In this document: in pieces, positions 16,463 through 26,898 of the stretch | Layout of the letters: the number at the start of each line of letters is the position of its first letter | Position numbering within the stretch: position 1 is the stretch's first letter | IMG/VR virus record: IMGVR_UViG_3300030104_007230 | Span: 1 to 64,000 of that record | Direction: 5' to 3' (one strand) | Length of the DNA stretch: 64,000 nt | Source of the DNA: an uncultured virus (IMG/VR IMGVR_UViG_3300030104_007230) | Lineage: Duplodnaviria; Heunggongvirae; Uroviricota; Caudoviricetes | Translations under genes and position numbers: made by a program | The notes under the pieces: generated by a model | The model's database searches: none | What the model saw: the letters and a program-made list of their open reading frames with translations, nothing else | Told to the model about the DNA's origin: nothing

Positions 16463-18999
16463 ATGCCCGTATCTCCACAAGAATTTTCGCTCTGGGCGAA
16501 GATGACAGGTCGTAAATATCCTAATTCTTTACAAGAAAAGGCCGAATTAGCTCCTGAAGTACATATTTTCAACCAAAATGTGGGGAAACAAGGGGGAATA
16601 GGGGTAAATGAGGTCGAAATTCCCAATACTTTCAATTCTTCTGGCACACAAACGGTAGAAACAACTTCACCGACCATGAACGATGAAAATCCTGAAAATA
16701 AAGAGAATTTAGGTTCAAATTTAGGCTCAAAATTAGCAAAGAGTGCTTTGATCGCAGGAGGACTTGCCGCGGGGGTCGCTGCCGCACGTAATCCAGGTGT
16801 ACAAGAGGTAGTGAAGAATACATCAGAAAAAATTGGCGATTTTATATCTAAATTTACTGATCCACGTGAAATAAACATCGATACTCTAGAAGCGGCGCAA
16901 GATATAACAAATTCAGCACCTTCAGATATATGGGATCAAGCAGATGTATATTCTCAAACAAGACCGTTTGATGGGGGCTTTTCTGAGCCTAATATTGATC
17001 CTTGGGCTGGTCCTGAGACAAGATCTTCTAGATTATTAAGGGGAACAGGGATTGGAGGTGCAGGAGATAAAGCAACAGCATTACTTGCTGAAATTAGTGA
17101 AAAATACCCTGAATCTGCTACATCTGGTGAATATGTACATCCATCACGTATTTCTGGGATGCCAGGGGGCGATTATCGTGGAAGAAGAATCACTTATAGC
17201 CCTGAACAAAAAGAAGCATTTAATTTAACAAAACAAGAAGCAGATACAAGAGCAATTTTAGGTAATGAAGGGGAAATTCCTCCTGGAATGCTTACTAAAG
17301 AACAACAGGCTTATTTGAAGCTTAATGAGTTAGGTGGAGAAACATTACAAGCTGGTAAAAAAAGAGATTTAGCTAATGTCGAAGCTTCAGGGGAGTCTGG
17401 GGTATCAGGGGGTTCTGGCGGAACTGGACAGAAAAATTTAAGTGGTCAAGCAGATGACTTCATTGGAAAAATGCAAGGACCAATGCCTCCTGAAATAAGT
17501 CTTAAAGAAGCTAATTCAATGCAAGAAGATAGACATAGCATGGAAAGAGAATATCGTGATAAATTTATTTTAGAAAATAGAGAAGCTATCGAGAGAGGTG
17601 ATATAGATCCTTATTCAGAACAACATTTCTTTAATCAACCTAGTTTGAGTGATATTTATCCAAATCCTTGGGCAGAAGATCATGAAGACATAATAAGAGA
17701 TGCAGTAAGGTATGAAGGAGCAACAGGATATAAAGATAGAGATCGAGTTAGTGGCTATAAATATGCAGATATTCAAGATAAGTTAAATGAACTAAGTGGA
17801 AAAGTTGATCCTGCTAGACAAGAAATACTTGACATTGTTTCAACAGGAGAATTTGCAAGAGGAAATAGAGAGGCTATGGCAAGAAATGTATGGGAAGCAA
17901 ATCTAAAAGAAAAAAGTCTAAGTGAAAAAGCTGATGCAGTAGTCGATGCAATAGTTGAATCACATTCAGATTTTGGAAATGTAACTTATAACGAACCTGA
18001 AGCCATAGAATCAGCTAAAGCACATTATGGCGAAAATCCTGTAAATACGGCACTTATCAGTCCAAATACACCTGGAAATAGTGTTGTAACGATTGATTCA
18101 ACAAATGATCCAACAACATCAACAGGACAACATCAAATCAAGTTAGATGCAGATNNNNNNNNNNAAGAGCAGAACTTGGTGCAAAAAGAGCACAAATAGC
18201 TGAAAATACTGGTTTATCAAATCCAGCTGTAGATCGTTTCTTGGGACAATACTTCCCATCTATGACAGAAACATATAGTGATGTAGATATTGCATCTGGA
18301 AGAACTCCTGAAAGAACATTTTCTAATGTTGGACCTGAAGCTGAAATAACAAAAGCTGCTAGTGGCGGAGCTATTCGAGGACGTTCAAGAGTACAGGATT
18401 ATGAAGTTAGTCAAGATCGTACAAGAGATATTTCACCAGAACCAGAAGAACTAAGAGGTACTCCTTTAGCAGAACAAAGACCTGACATTATTGGTGGAAA
18501 ATTAGCGCTTGGTGGTGTTCCTGGAGATTTAGATACAGATCAGATGTCAAAACAAGAAGTTATTCAATCAATTATTAATCCTTCAACTGTAGATCTTAGA
18601 GATAAAACTCCTATTGCAGGAACTGGAGTTTATGGGAGAGAGAAAGGATATGTTTCAGGTGCGATGAAAGCTTCAGGAGATTATTCTGATGCCGCAATGA
18701 GAAAGCCAACTGATCTTTCTCCAGCAGAAACAAGGTATGACAGCTTTATTAAAGATCCTTATGGAGGACTTTCTGATAAAGCATTAGAAACACATATACA
18801 AAGTGCTACACCTGATTCACCTTCACAGAAAGGATTAGAGCGTGAAGCCTATAAACGAAGTGGTACTGGTATTCCTATTTCTCAAAAAATGAGAGAAATT
18901 CATACAACAGGAGATCCTTTAACAAGAAGCGAACGTGCACAAACTTTTCTTGATGAACTAGATCCAACAGGAGAACTTCGTAAAAGAAATTTAGGTTAA
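16463..18999 (+). CDS. Large acidic low-complexity virion/internal protein; one gene split by the assembly gap
   Basis: After the N-run the frame ...RAELGAKRAQIAENTGLSNPAVDRFLGQY is open straight into track ORF 18241-18999. Confidence 0.7.
18155..18164. other. Assembly gap (10 N)
   Basis: nnnnnnnnnn in the sequence. Confidence 1.
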
Positions 19000-19001
19000 T
19001 T

Positions 19002-19292
19002 ATGTCTGATAAAAGAAAAAAAGCAGTTCAACTCTCTAAAGAGCATATGAAATGCAATAAACCTAAGAAAACACCTGGACACAAAACAAAATCACATGTT
19101 GTAAAAGCATGTTCTAATGGAGAAGAAAAAATAATTAGATTTGGACAACAAGGAGTAAAGGGAGCTGGTAAAAATCCTACAACTGAAAAAGAAAAAGCTA
19201 GAAAAAAATCTTACTATGCTCGACATAATGCACAAGATGCTAAGCCTAGTAAGATGTCTGCACGATATTGGTCACATAAAGTGAAGTGGTAA
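19002..19292 (+). CDS. Conserved basic phage protein
   Basis: KSHVVKAC...KIIRFGQQG...RKKSYYARH...SARYWSHKVKW. Confidence 0.8.
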   Translation: MSDKRKKAVQLSKEHMKCNKPKKTPGHKTKSHVVKACSNGEEKIIRFGQQGVKGAGKNPTTEKEKARKKSYYARHNAQDAKPSKMSARYWSHKVKW

Positions 19293-19344
19293 TTCAATAA
19301 TAAAGTTAGACGTTGGTAGAATTACTTTTAGTTAAACATTTATC

Positions 19345-19788
19345 ATGACTGCTCTGGAACCTATCCTTGCTATTTTACTTGGCGCAGGATTAAGTGCAGT
19401 AGTTGCTTGGATGGCTAAAATTTTAGACAACCAAAAAGCTATTCAGTATGGGGAAATCCTTGGGAAAGCTTACGACATTATCGATCCTCTTTTAGAGAAA
19501 AATTTAAAATCTTGGAAAGGTTCTGATGTTGAATATGCTATGGAGTTAGCTATAGCTTCCGTTTCTGATAATGAATTAACTGCTGAAGAATTGAAAGATA
19601 TAACTAAAGAAGCAGCTGAAAGATGGCTACCTGCAAAAGCAGTTGATAAAGTTCGTGGTTACTTATCTTTAGAAGAACAACCTTCTGAAATTAAAGCAGC
19701 TGATCTTTTATCTAAAGCAGTTGAGGGAGTCCTCTCAACACAACAAGCAATAAGTGCAGCTAAAGAGGAATTGAACAATGTCAGATAA
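19345..19788 (+). CDS. Membrane-anchored protein (holin-like architecture)
   Basis: N-terminal TM helix then a helical domain; extended -10 TGGTAGAAT at 19314-19322. Confidence 0.6.
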   Translation: MTALEPILAILLGAGLSAVVAWMAKILDNQKAIQYGEILGKAYDIIDPLLEKNLKSWKGSDVEYAMELAIASVSDNELTAEELKDITKEAAERWLPAKAVDKVRGYLSLEEQPSEIKAADLLSKAVEGVLSTQQAISAAKEELNNVR

Positions 19789-19972
19789 ATGGATTCAAGA
19801 TGCAATAAAAAGGCCAGGTGCTTTTACAAAAAAAGCGGACAAGCGTGATATGACAGTAAAACAGTTTGCAGAACAAGTAACAAGTAATCCTACTAAGTAC
19901 AATAGTAGAACAGTAAAACAAGCAAATCTTGCTAAAACTTTAGCTGGTTTACACAAAAACAAAAAGAGTTAA
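19778..19972 (+). CDS. Small basic phage protein
   Basis: WIQDAIKRPGAF...QANLAKTL motif. Confidence 0.75.
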   Translation: MSDKWIQDAIKRPGAFTKKADKRDMTVKQFAEQVTSNPTKYNSRTVKQANLAKTLAGLHKNKKS

Positions 19973-19974
19973 TT

Positions 19975-22367
19975 ATGGCTTTTCCTTATAAGAGAGATTT
20001 AAGAGAACAGAATGTACAAAAGAATAAAAAAATTGATAATAATGTCGATTTCAAAGGAAAGCCTACTAATTTTAGGAATGCGTTTGTGTCAAAAATGAAG
20101 GATACAAATAAATCATTTAGAAGAGAAGATCCAGGTACTTTTAGTGAGGAGGCTGCTATGAATTTTTTCAATACTAGACAAGTTCTTTTAGATGGATATC
20201 CTGATTTTGTAGATGAAAACAAACAAATAGAAGCGTCATACTGGATGCCTAAATATGATCGTTCAACATATCTACCAGATGAAGAAAAAGCTTTCTATAC
20301 AAATAAGCTACAATATATACAAGACCCTGCTAATTCTAATTTAGCAAATAATATTGGATATGCAGGAAGTGAAGGAGTAAAACCAACATGAATTATGCAA
20401 GTATAGGAAATAAAATAGCATCAAAATTTATACCAGCAGCCGCACAAGCTGTAAGAATGGCTCAACAAAGATTAGGACAAGTTGCAACTAATCCAGCTGT
20501 AGTGGAAGGTGCAAAAAGAATAGGAAGAGATACCGCTTTTTTAGTAGGTGCAGAACAAATAGTACCTCGTATGTTTGGTGGAGAAGCACCTGATATTAGA
20601 GAATCTTTATTAAGACAGGGAGCAGGAAATATTATTGCTGAAGGTGTTACTGGAGGTTTAAATACAGCCTTTCCTGGAAAGGTAGAATTAAAAGCGCTAC
20701 ACACTTCAGGACCTGATCACAAAGTATTTTTTCATCCTGAAAAAGTAGGAGGAATAAAACCAACTGTATCTAGAACCGTAGGTGAATTAACAGGACAGTT
20801 CACTGGACAAGCGATTGCAGACGCTGTTTTACCTGGAAAACAAGAGTATCCTTTTGTCAATCCTCCTGAACAAGTTACCAATCTTCAACCTGTTTCTGCT
20901 ACAGGTGCAGTAATAGTTCCTACTGAGCCTGAATCTGCTCAAGTAGAACGTAGAACAACAGAAGATTTAATGCAGCAAAAACTTCTTGATGCGCAAATCG
21001 AACAACAACGTTATGAAAATAAAATTGAATTAGCTAAAGCACAAAATCAACCAAGTATTGTTATGCATCAAAAACGAGGTGATGCACGTGCGATTGCACT
21101 TGATGCTTTACGACAGACTTCTAAAGTTAACTATTAAAGAATGAGATATCACGTTCCTAATTATTTATCAAATAGTGTTAGAGCTGCTAAACGTTTTGGT
21201 GGCGATGTTTGGCAAGAAGTAAAGAAAACTGATTGGGCTAATTTACCTAAAGATGTTGTAGAAAATGTAGGAGAAGGCGTTCATAGAAAAACATATAAAG
21301 GTGGTGGAGGAAGACAAGCGTATACTTCTTCTGGTGTAGGAGGTGTATCTGGACTTGCTAGTGATTTTCTTGGAAAAACAGTTGGTTCAGATGAATGGAG
21401 ACAACGTTATGTTTGGCCATATACAAATCCTTATAGGTTAATTAGCGATACTGTTGGAAAAGTAAGTGAAAAGATTCCTTTAAGTAAAGGTGCACAAGCT
21501 GCAGTCGCAGTTGGAACTCCTATTCTTTATCACCAGCTTACTGAAAGTTCTGGACCTCTTTCTCAAGGAATGCGTCCAAAAGGATGGAAGGCAGCTGTTC
21601 CAGCATCAAAAGAAAAAGATCCAACAGGTAAAACACCAATAAGTCTTCCAGAAGAAGCAGCAGCTCGTTGGGTGCTTGGTCAAAAAAGTCAACTCTTACC
21701 TTACGACGAATTTAGAAAAGAACGTCCTGATGTAATGCCATCAACGCTTGCTAATTATCGTGGATATATGAATAAAAAACCTAAGCCAGGTGAACGTATT
21801 AATGTTGATACAGATAAAGGATCTTTTACAGCACTAGGTGGTGCAGTACGTGGAACTAGCCGTGGACTACATGATCCTGAAGTAAGACTTAAAGGTGTGC
21901 CTATCAGCCTTAATGCAACACTTGGGACAGGTGCAGGATTAGCAACTATTGCAGCAGGTTCCAAATATTTAAATCCACAAAATGAAGGTTTAGATGCAGC
22001 AGTTAAAGTTACAGAACAAATGGTAAATAAGGCAACAGGAAAAGAAGTAGGGTATGCAAAAGATCTTTATAATGAAGCAAAAAAAGCAAAGGAACAATGG
22101 GTAGGAGAACTACCTAAAGCTGCACAAGAATTTCAAAAATTAGGTGCATATAAAGAACCTGCTTTATTGTTAGGAGGTGCTTTAGCAGCTGTTGGTACTG
22201 CAGCTACAGCTAGAAAGTTATTCCAAAAAGCAGAGGAAAGAAGAATCAAAAAAGAAGCCCCTGTAGAATACTTAAAATATAAACATGGAAATTTTGAGGA
22301 GACAAAAGAAGCTTTAGGAAAACCAGAAGCTTCGACTTGGAAAGATCTTACTCAAACTGTTATTTAA
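19975..22367 (+). other. Three probable virion-associated genes (19975-20391, 20388-21137, 21141-22367)
   Basis: Abutting plus-strand ORFs with Gly/Ala-rich hydrophobic patches, upstream of the terminase. Confidence 0.65.
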
Positions 22368-22369
22368 CT

Positions 22370-22747
22370 ATGGCTAAAATTACACCAGGTCAATTTTTAA
22401 AAGGTTTTGCTGAACAATACAATAAAGATCAAGGAATGGTCCAAGACAAATCAGGAAGTTGGAGTCGTGGAACACATACTGCACAAGCTAAATCAACAAG
22501 TGGTCAAGGAGGAGCAGGAGGAATAACTATAAACCAAGGAGGCGGAGGAGGCGGCGGAATGTCATCCCTAGCTACTGATGTAAAATTTAAACAAGGTGAT
22601 GATTTAGAAAGAGCAGGACATAGAATTCCAGGAGATCCAGGAAGTAAAGGATTCCTTGGAACAGCAGTTAGATTTGGATCTAATTTCTTGCCAGGAGTTG
22701 GTCCTATGGTAGGGCAAGCAGTAGCTCCTCATCTTGATTATGTTTAA
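22370..22747 (+). CDS. Gly-rich virion protein, paralog 1
   Basis: C-terminus IPGDPGSKGFLGTAVRFGSNFLPGVGPMVGQAVAPHLDYV shared with the next gene. Confidence 0.7.
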   Translation: MAKITPGQFLKGFAEQYNKDQGMVQDKSGSWSRGTHTAQAKSTSGQGGAGGITINQGGGGGGGMSSLATDVKFKQGDDLERAGHRIPGDPGSKGFLGTAVRFGSNFLPGVGPMVGQAVAPHLDYV

Positions 22748-22785
22748 AGTTAAAAGTGTTAATTTACTTTCTGTATAATTAAATT

Positions 22786-23214
22786 ATGAATTTCCTTAAA
22801 AACTTTAATCCGTTTTCTTACGAAACAACTCCAGGGACATCAGGTTGGGGTCCAGTGGCAGATGGAGCAGTTTACGGTAGAAATCTTCAAAAACAAGATG
22901 CCGCAAAAAAGTTCTTAAACGCCTTCACCGATTATATGGGCGATGGGCGAAGCGGTAATACACAACAAGCAAAAGATTTTGGAGGACTTACTCCTTTTGG
23001 AGGAGCAGGTCAAATGAGTGCAAAAACATCACAATTAGCTCCTGATGTTTTCCTTAAAGAAGGAGATGATTTAAGTAAGCATGATCATGTAATTCCAGGA
23101 GATCCAGGCAAGAAAGGGTTCCTTGGATCTGCGATTAGTATTGGATCTAGTTTCTTACCAGGAGTAGGCCCAATGATAGGGCAGGCAGTAGCTCCACATT
23201 TTGATTATGTCTAA
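22786..23214 (+). CDS. Gly-rich virion protein, paralog 2
   Basis: C-terminus IPGDPGKKGFLGSAISIGSSFLPGVGPMIGQAVAPHFDYV. Confidence 0.7.
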   Translation: MNFLKNFNPFSYETTPGTSGWGPVADGAVYGRNLQKQDAAKKFLNAFTDYMGDGRSGNTQQAKDFGGLTPFGGAGQMSAKTSQLAPDVFLKEGDDLSKHDHVIPGDPGKKGFLGSAISIGSSFLPGVGPMIGQAVAPHFDYV

Positions 23215-23278
23215 ATTTAGAGGAAGTAAAATATTTTTTAAGAGAATCAATTTTTACAAGAGAAAAAGAGGATAAATT

Positions 23279-23944
23279 ATGGCATTTTGGATTCCTGCGA
23301 TAGGTGGAGCATTAGGTGCCATCGAAGGATATAGAAGAGGTGGAATAGGAGGAGCAATAACAGGAGGTGCTTTAGGTGCAGTAGTTCCTAAAGGATTAAG
23401 AATGGCAGGTGTTGCTTTAGGAGGAACTAAACTTGGAGCAGGTATAGCTTCTGGAATTGGAAAAGGAAGAAACTTAATTGGACTACAAGGACCAGCAGCT
23501 TCAGGAAGTACAGTATTAGGAGGTCTATTACCAGCTGTAGGACTCGGTTTAAATGTTCCTGGTGTAGTAGGAGGAGCAGCTGGAGGGGCAGTCGGTGGAA
23601 AAGGAGTAGCCAATCAGTATCCAGGAAGCTCTACTGGTCCAGTTTCAGGAGTATATGATTATCTCAGTCCTATTAGTTCTAGAAATTTACAACTTGGATG
23701 GACACAAAAAGAACTTGATCAACAAAGACAAGCTGTAGTAGATCAAGCTATTGCATTAAGACCAATAATGGAAGCAGCAAAAGAAGAAGAACTAAGAAGA
23801 AATATGGCTGCAGCTAACTACAGAACAGCACTTGGAACAGAACAAGGACTTACTCTACAAAGTCAATTAGGTGCACAACAATTAGGTCGTGTAGGTGCTG
23901 ACAAAGTATTAGGTGCTTTAGCAGCTAACTACCAGTATCAATAA
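23279..23944 (+). CDS. Candidate DNA pilot/ejection protein
   Basis: Glycine-zipper hydrophobic N-half, Gln/Ala-rich helical C-half. Confidence 0.55.
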   Translation: MAFWIPAIGGALGAIEGYRRGGIGGAITGGALGAVVPKGLRMAGVALGGTKLGAGIASGIGKGRNLIGLQGPAASGSTVLGGLLPAVGLGLNVPGVVGGAAGGAVGGKGVANQYPGSSTGPVSGVYDYLSPISSRNLQLGWTQKELDQQRQAVVDQAIALRPIMEAAKEEELRRNMAAANYRTALGTEQGLTLQSQLGAQQLGRVGADKVLGALAANYQYQ

Positions 23945-23956
23945 AAGGAGTTTTTT

Positions 23957-24775
23957 ATGTCAACATTTGATCCTTATATACAAGATGCGGCTACAAGTTT
24001 CATTGATAATTTATTGAGAGAAAGAGGTCTTGCAGCTCCTGCTAATTCTTTGAGAGTTTTATTAGGACAAACAGAATCACCTATTACTCCTCCTGCTAAT
24101 GTTTTTGAGCCAAATTTAAATCAAACTCAAGTAGTTACTGAGAATCGCATGGCGAATCCACAACTTCTTAATGATCTAGCCAATAAGGTAGGAAGTAGTT
24201 ATACAAATGTTACTCCTAATCAAAAAGTTGTTAAATACGATGGAGAAGATTACGTTATTGGTAAAGATCAACGCTTAGTTGGAAATAAAGTTATATCAAA
24301 AAAAGCTCCAGTATTTGGAAAAGGTCAAGCAAGAATAGGCAAAGGGATAATTGATTTCTTTACAGGAAATAAATGGGATTTAGATAAAAGAAATGAAGCA
24401 GTTAATGTATTAGATCAAGAAGTTGCTCAACAACAGACTCCTGCTGAGAAATTACAAACTCAAATTAAATTAAATCAAGAAGTAAGTAAAGCGCAAAATG
24501 AACTAGCTCAACAAAGACAACAACAGACTTGGGATTTAGCAAAGCAAGCTCAAGTAAATTTCATGAAGGAAACATATCCATTAGCACAAGCTGCAGCATG
24601 GGATGCAACAAGACGGAGCTTATATGGTGATAAGTATTCTCTTAGTGCACAACAAAGAAGAGCAGCACAGGCATTTGGTGCAGAAGCAGATATGTCAAGA
24701 GCTATTGCAGCACAAGCACAAGCAGCAGCGGCCTTACGAGGTAAGTACACAGGCAGAAATGTCGCTATAAGCTAA
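23957..24775 (+). CDS. Candidate ejection/internal virion protein
   Basis: Long Gln/Ala-rich helical C-terminus. Confidence 0.55.
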   Translation: MSTFDPYIQDAATSFIDNLLRERGLAAPANSLRVLLGQTESPITPPANVFEPNLNQTQVVTENRMANPQLLNDLANKVGSSYTNVTPNQKVVKYDGEDYVIGKDQRLVGNKVISKKAPVFGKGQARIGKGIIDFFTGNKWDLDKRNEAVNVLDQEVAQQQTPAEKLQTQIKLNQEVSKAQNELAQQRQQQTWDLAKQAQVNFMKETYPLAQAAAWDATRRSLYGDKYSLSAQQRRAAQAFGAEADMSRAIAAQAQAAAALRGKYTGRNVAIS

Positions 24776-24823
24776 AGCTTGGTTGCTTTAAAATTAAAAA
24801 ATAGCTTTTAATGAAGTAAAGAC

Positions 24824-26392
24824 ATGGGAAAGAAAAAATCTAGTGCGCCTAAAGTTGAATATAGAGATCCACCAGCTACCGAAACAAAAGAAGTTGAATC
24901 TACGGCGTTAGAAACGCAAACTGCGTTATCTCAGTTAGGACATGAACAACAACTAGGAGCAATGGAATACGGTGCCGAAATGGACCGTACTAATGAAGAA
25001 TTTTTTGCAGGACAAGATATTCGTAGAGCGCAAGCAGCAGGAGCAGAAGATCGTTTAGGTATACAAGAAAGAGGTTATCAAGAACGTGAAGGAACAAAAG
25101 AAACAGGTGCACAACAACGTTTAACTCAGGCAGATTTGCTTGCAGGACAGGAAAGACAAATAGGTGCAAGAGGTGAAGAAGAACGTCTAACACAAGCTGA
25201 AAGATACGCAGGAGAAAGTGGCTTAGTTAGTGATAGAGGAGCACAAGATCGTTTAACCCAAAGTGACTTACTTGCAGGTCAAGAAAGACAGATCGGTAGA
25301 AGAGGAGAAGAAGAAAGGTTAACAGTTGGAACAAGAGGAGAACAAGAACGTTTAACTCAAAGTGATTTACTTGCAGGCCAAGAAAGACAAATTGGTGCAA
25401 GAGGTGAACAAGAGCGGTTAACCCAAAGTGACTTACTTGCAGGTCAAGAAAGACAGATCGATGCAAGAGGTGAACAGGAACGACTAACACAATCAGATTT
25501 ATTAGCAGGTCAAGAAAGACAAATAGGAAGAAGAGGAGAGGAAGAACGTTTAGGAATAAGAGCAACGGGCGAAGAAGAACGTTTGGGAGTTAGAGCCAGA
25601 GCAGAAGAAGCTCGATTAACTCAAGCTGATTTGTTAGCTGGACAAGAAAGACAAATAGGAAGAAGAGGGGAAGAAGAGCGTTTAGGAATGAGAACTAGAG
25701 GAGAGGAAGATCGTATAACTCAAGAAGCATTATTAGCTGGACAGGAGAGACAGATCGGTAGAAGAGGAGAAGAAGAACGTTTAACACAAGCCGAAAGATA
25801 CGCAGGAGAACGAGATCTGGTTTCTGATAGAGGAACACAAGAACGTTTAACTCAATCAGATTTACTTTCTGGACAAGAAAGACAAATCGACAGGAGAGGA
25901 GAACAGGAACGTTTGACTCAATCAGAGAGATATGCAGGGGAAAGTGGCTTAGTTAGTGACAGAGGAACACAAGAACGACTAACTCAGGCAGAGTTATTAG
26001 CTGGACAAGAAAGACAGATAGGTAGAAGAGGAGAGGAAGAGCGATTAACACAAGCAGAAAGATATGCAGGAGAAAGTGGATTAGTTAAAGATAGAGGTTC
26101 CGAAGAACGTATGACTCAAGCTGAAAGATATGCTGGAGAAAGTGGTCTAGTTGGTGATAGAGGTTCTGAAGAAAGAAAAACACAAGCAGACTTATTATCA
26201 GGACAAGAAAGACAAATTGCTAGAAGAGGAGAGCAAGAACGTCTAACAGTTGGAACAAGAGGAAGAGAACAAAGAGCAAGTATTGGTAAAACAGGAGAAG
26301 AAACACGTAAAACTGCAGGACAAGCTGAAGAATTCCGTCGTTATAAGGAGAATAGAGACTATGATCAGTCTCGTTCTGCTTATAGATCATGA
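24824..26392 (+). CDS. 11/22-residue repeat coiled-coil protein (candidate ejection tube)
   Basis: Units ERLTQSDLLAGQERQIGARGEQ and ERLTQAERYAGESGLVSDRGTQ (22 aa) and ERLTVGTRGEQ (11 aa). Confidence 0.75.
   Translation: MGKKKSSAPKVEYRDPPATETKEVESTALETQTALSQLGHEQQLGAMEYGAEMDRTNEEFFAGQDIRRAQAAGAEDRLGIQERGYQEREGTKETGAQQRLTQADLLAGQERQIGARGEEERLTQAERYAGESGLVSDRGAQDRLTQSDLLAGQERQIGRRGEEERLTVGTRGEQERLTQSDLLAGQERQIGARGEQERLTQSDLLAGQERQIDARGEQERLTQSDLLAGQERQIGRRGEEERLGIRATGEEERLGVRARAEEARLTQADLLAGQERQIGRRGEEERLGMRTRGEEDRITQEALLAGQERQIGRRGEEERLTQAERYAGERDLVSDRGTQERLTQSDLLSGQERQIDRRGEQERLTQSERYAGESGLVSDRGTQERLTQAELLAGQERQIGRRGEEERLTQAERYAGESGLVKDRGSEERMTQAERYAGESGLVGDRGSEERKTQADLLSGQERQIARRGEQERLTVGTRGREQRASIGKTGEETRKTAGQAEEFRRYKENRDYDQSRSAYRS
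25105..26310 (+). repeat. Degenerate 33/66-nt coding tandem repeats
   Basis: Recurring CAAGAAAGACAAAT / AGAGGAGAAGAAGAACG units with synonymous variation. Confidence 0.85.
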
Positions 26393-26874
26393 TCGAATGG
26401 TTAAGTACTTTAACTTCCAAAGACAAAGAAACTTACTTAGCCTTTTGTAAACAAACAAGTTCTCCTATACAGATGTATCTTTATGCTCGTTTTTTAGGGT
26501 ATAAAGGTGCAATTTCTTCTTGTGATGAATGGTCTAAAGATCAATTTAAAAAACGAAATTTTAATTCTATTCTTGAAATAGAAATTGATGCTATGCAACA
26601 AGACATAGCCAAACTTCGTGATGGAATTGATTTAGGAGTAGTTAAACAAGATATGGGAGCTGCACGTATTGCCATGTTGCAAAAAGAATTGCGAGGTGCG
26701 ATAAAGCAGTTAACAGATGAAAAACATTTATTAGATAAACAAGGTTTAATTCTTGCAGGTGCAGATAGAGCTTTACGTGAAATGTTATCTATTTTTAGAG
26801 ATGATCCTATAGAAGGTCCATTAACTGAAGCTTCAATGGGAGTCTGGACAAAAATTCTTCAAGAAGAATCTTAA
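26389..26874 (+). CDS. Probable terminase small subunit
   Basis: 161-aa helical protein immediately upstream of TerL (positional inference). Confidence 0.5.
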   Translation: MIEWLSTLTSKDKETYLAFCKQTSSPIQMYLYARFLGYKGAISSCDEWSKDQFKKRNFNSILEIEIDAMQQDIAKLRDGIDLGVVKQDMGAARIAMLQKELRGAIKQLTDEKHLLDKQGLILAGADRALREMLSIFRDDPIEGPLTEASMGVWTKILQEES

Positions 26875-26898
26875 GAGTTAATGAGGTATCCTTAATGC

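Noticed and set aside
18155..18241. Frameshift or pseudogene between ORFs 16463-18199 and 18241-18999
   Set aside because: The break coincides with a 10-N assembly gap of arbitrary length; the downstream frame is open from the gap
25105..26310. CRISPR array or DGR template/variable repeats
   Set aside because: The repeats are in-frame coding units with synonymous variation; no unique spacers, no adenine-specific mismatches, and no cas or reverse transcriptase gene in the window
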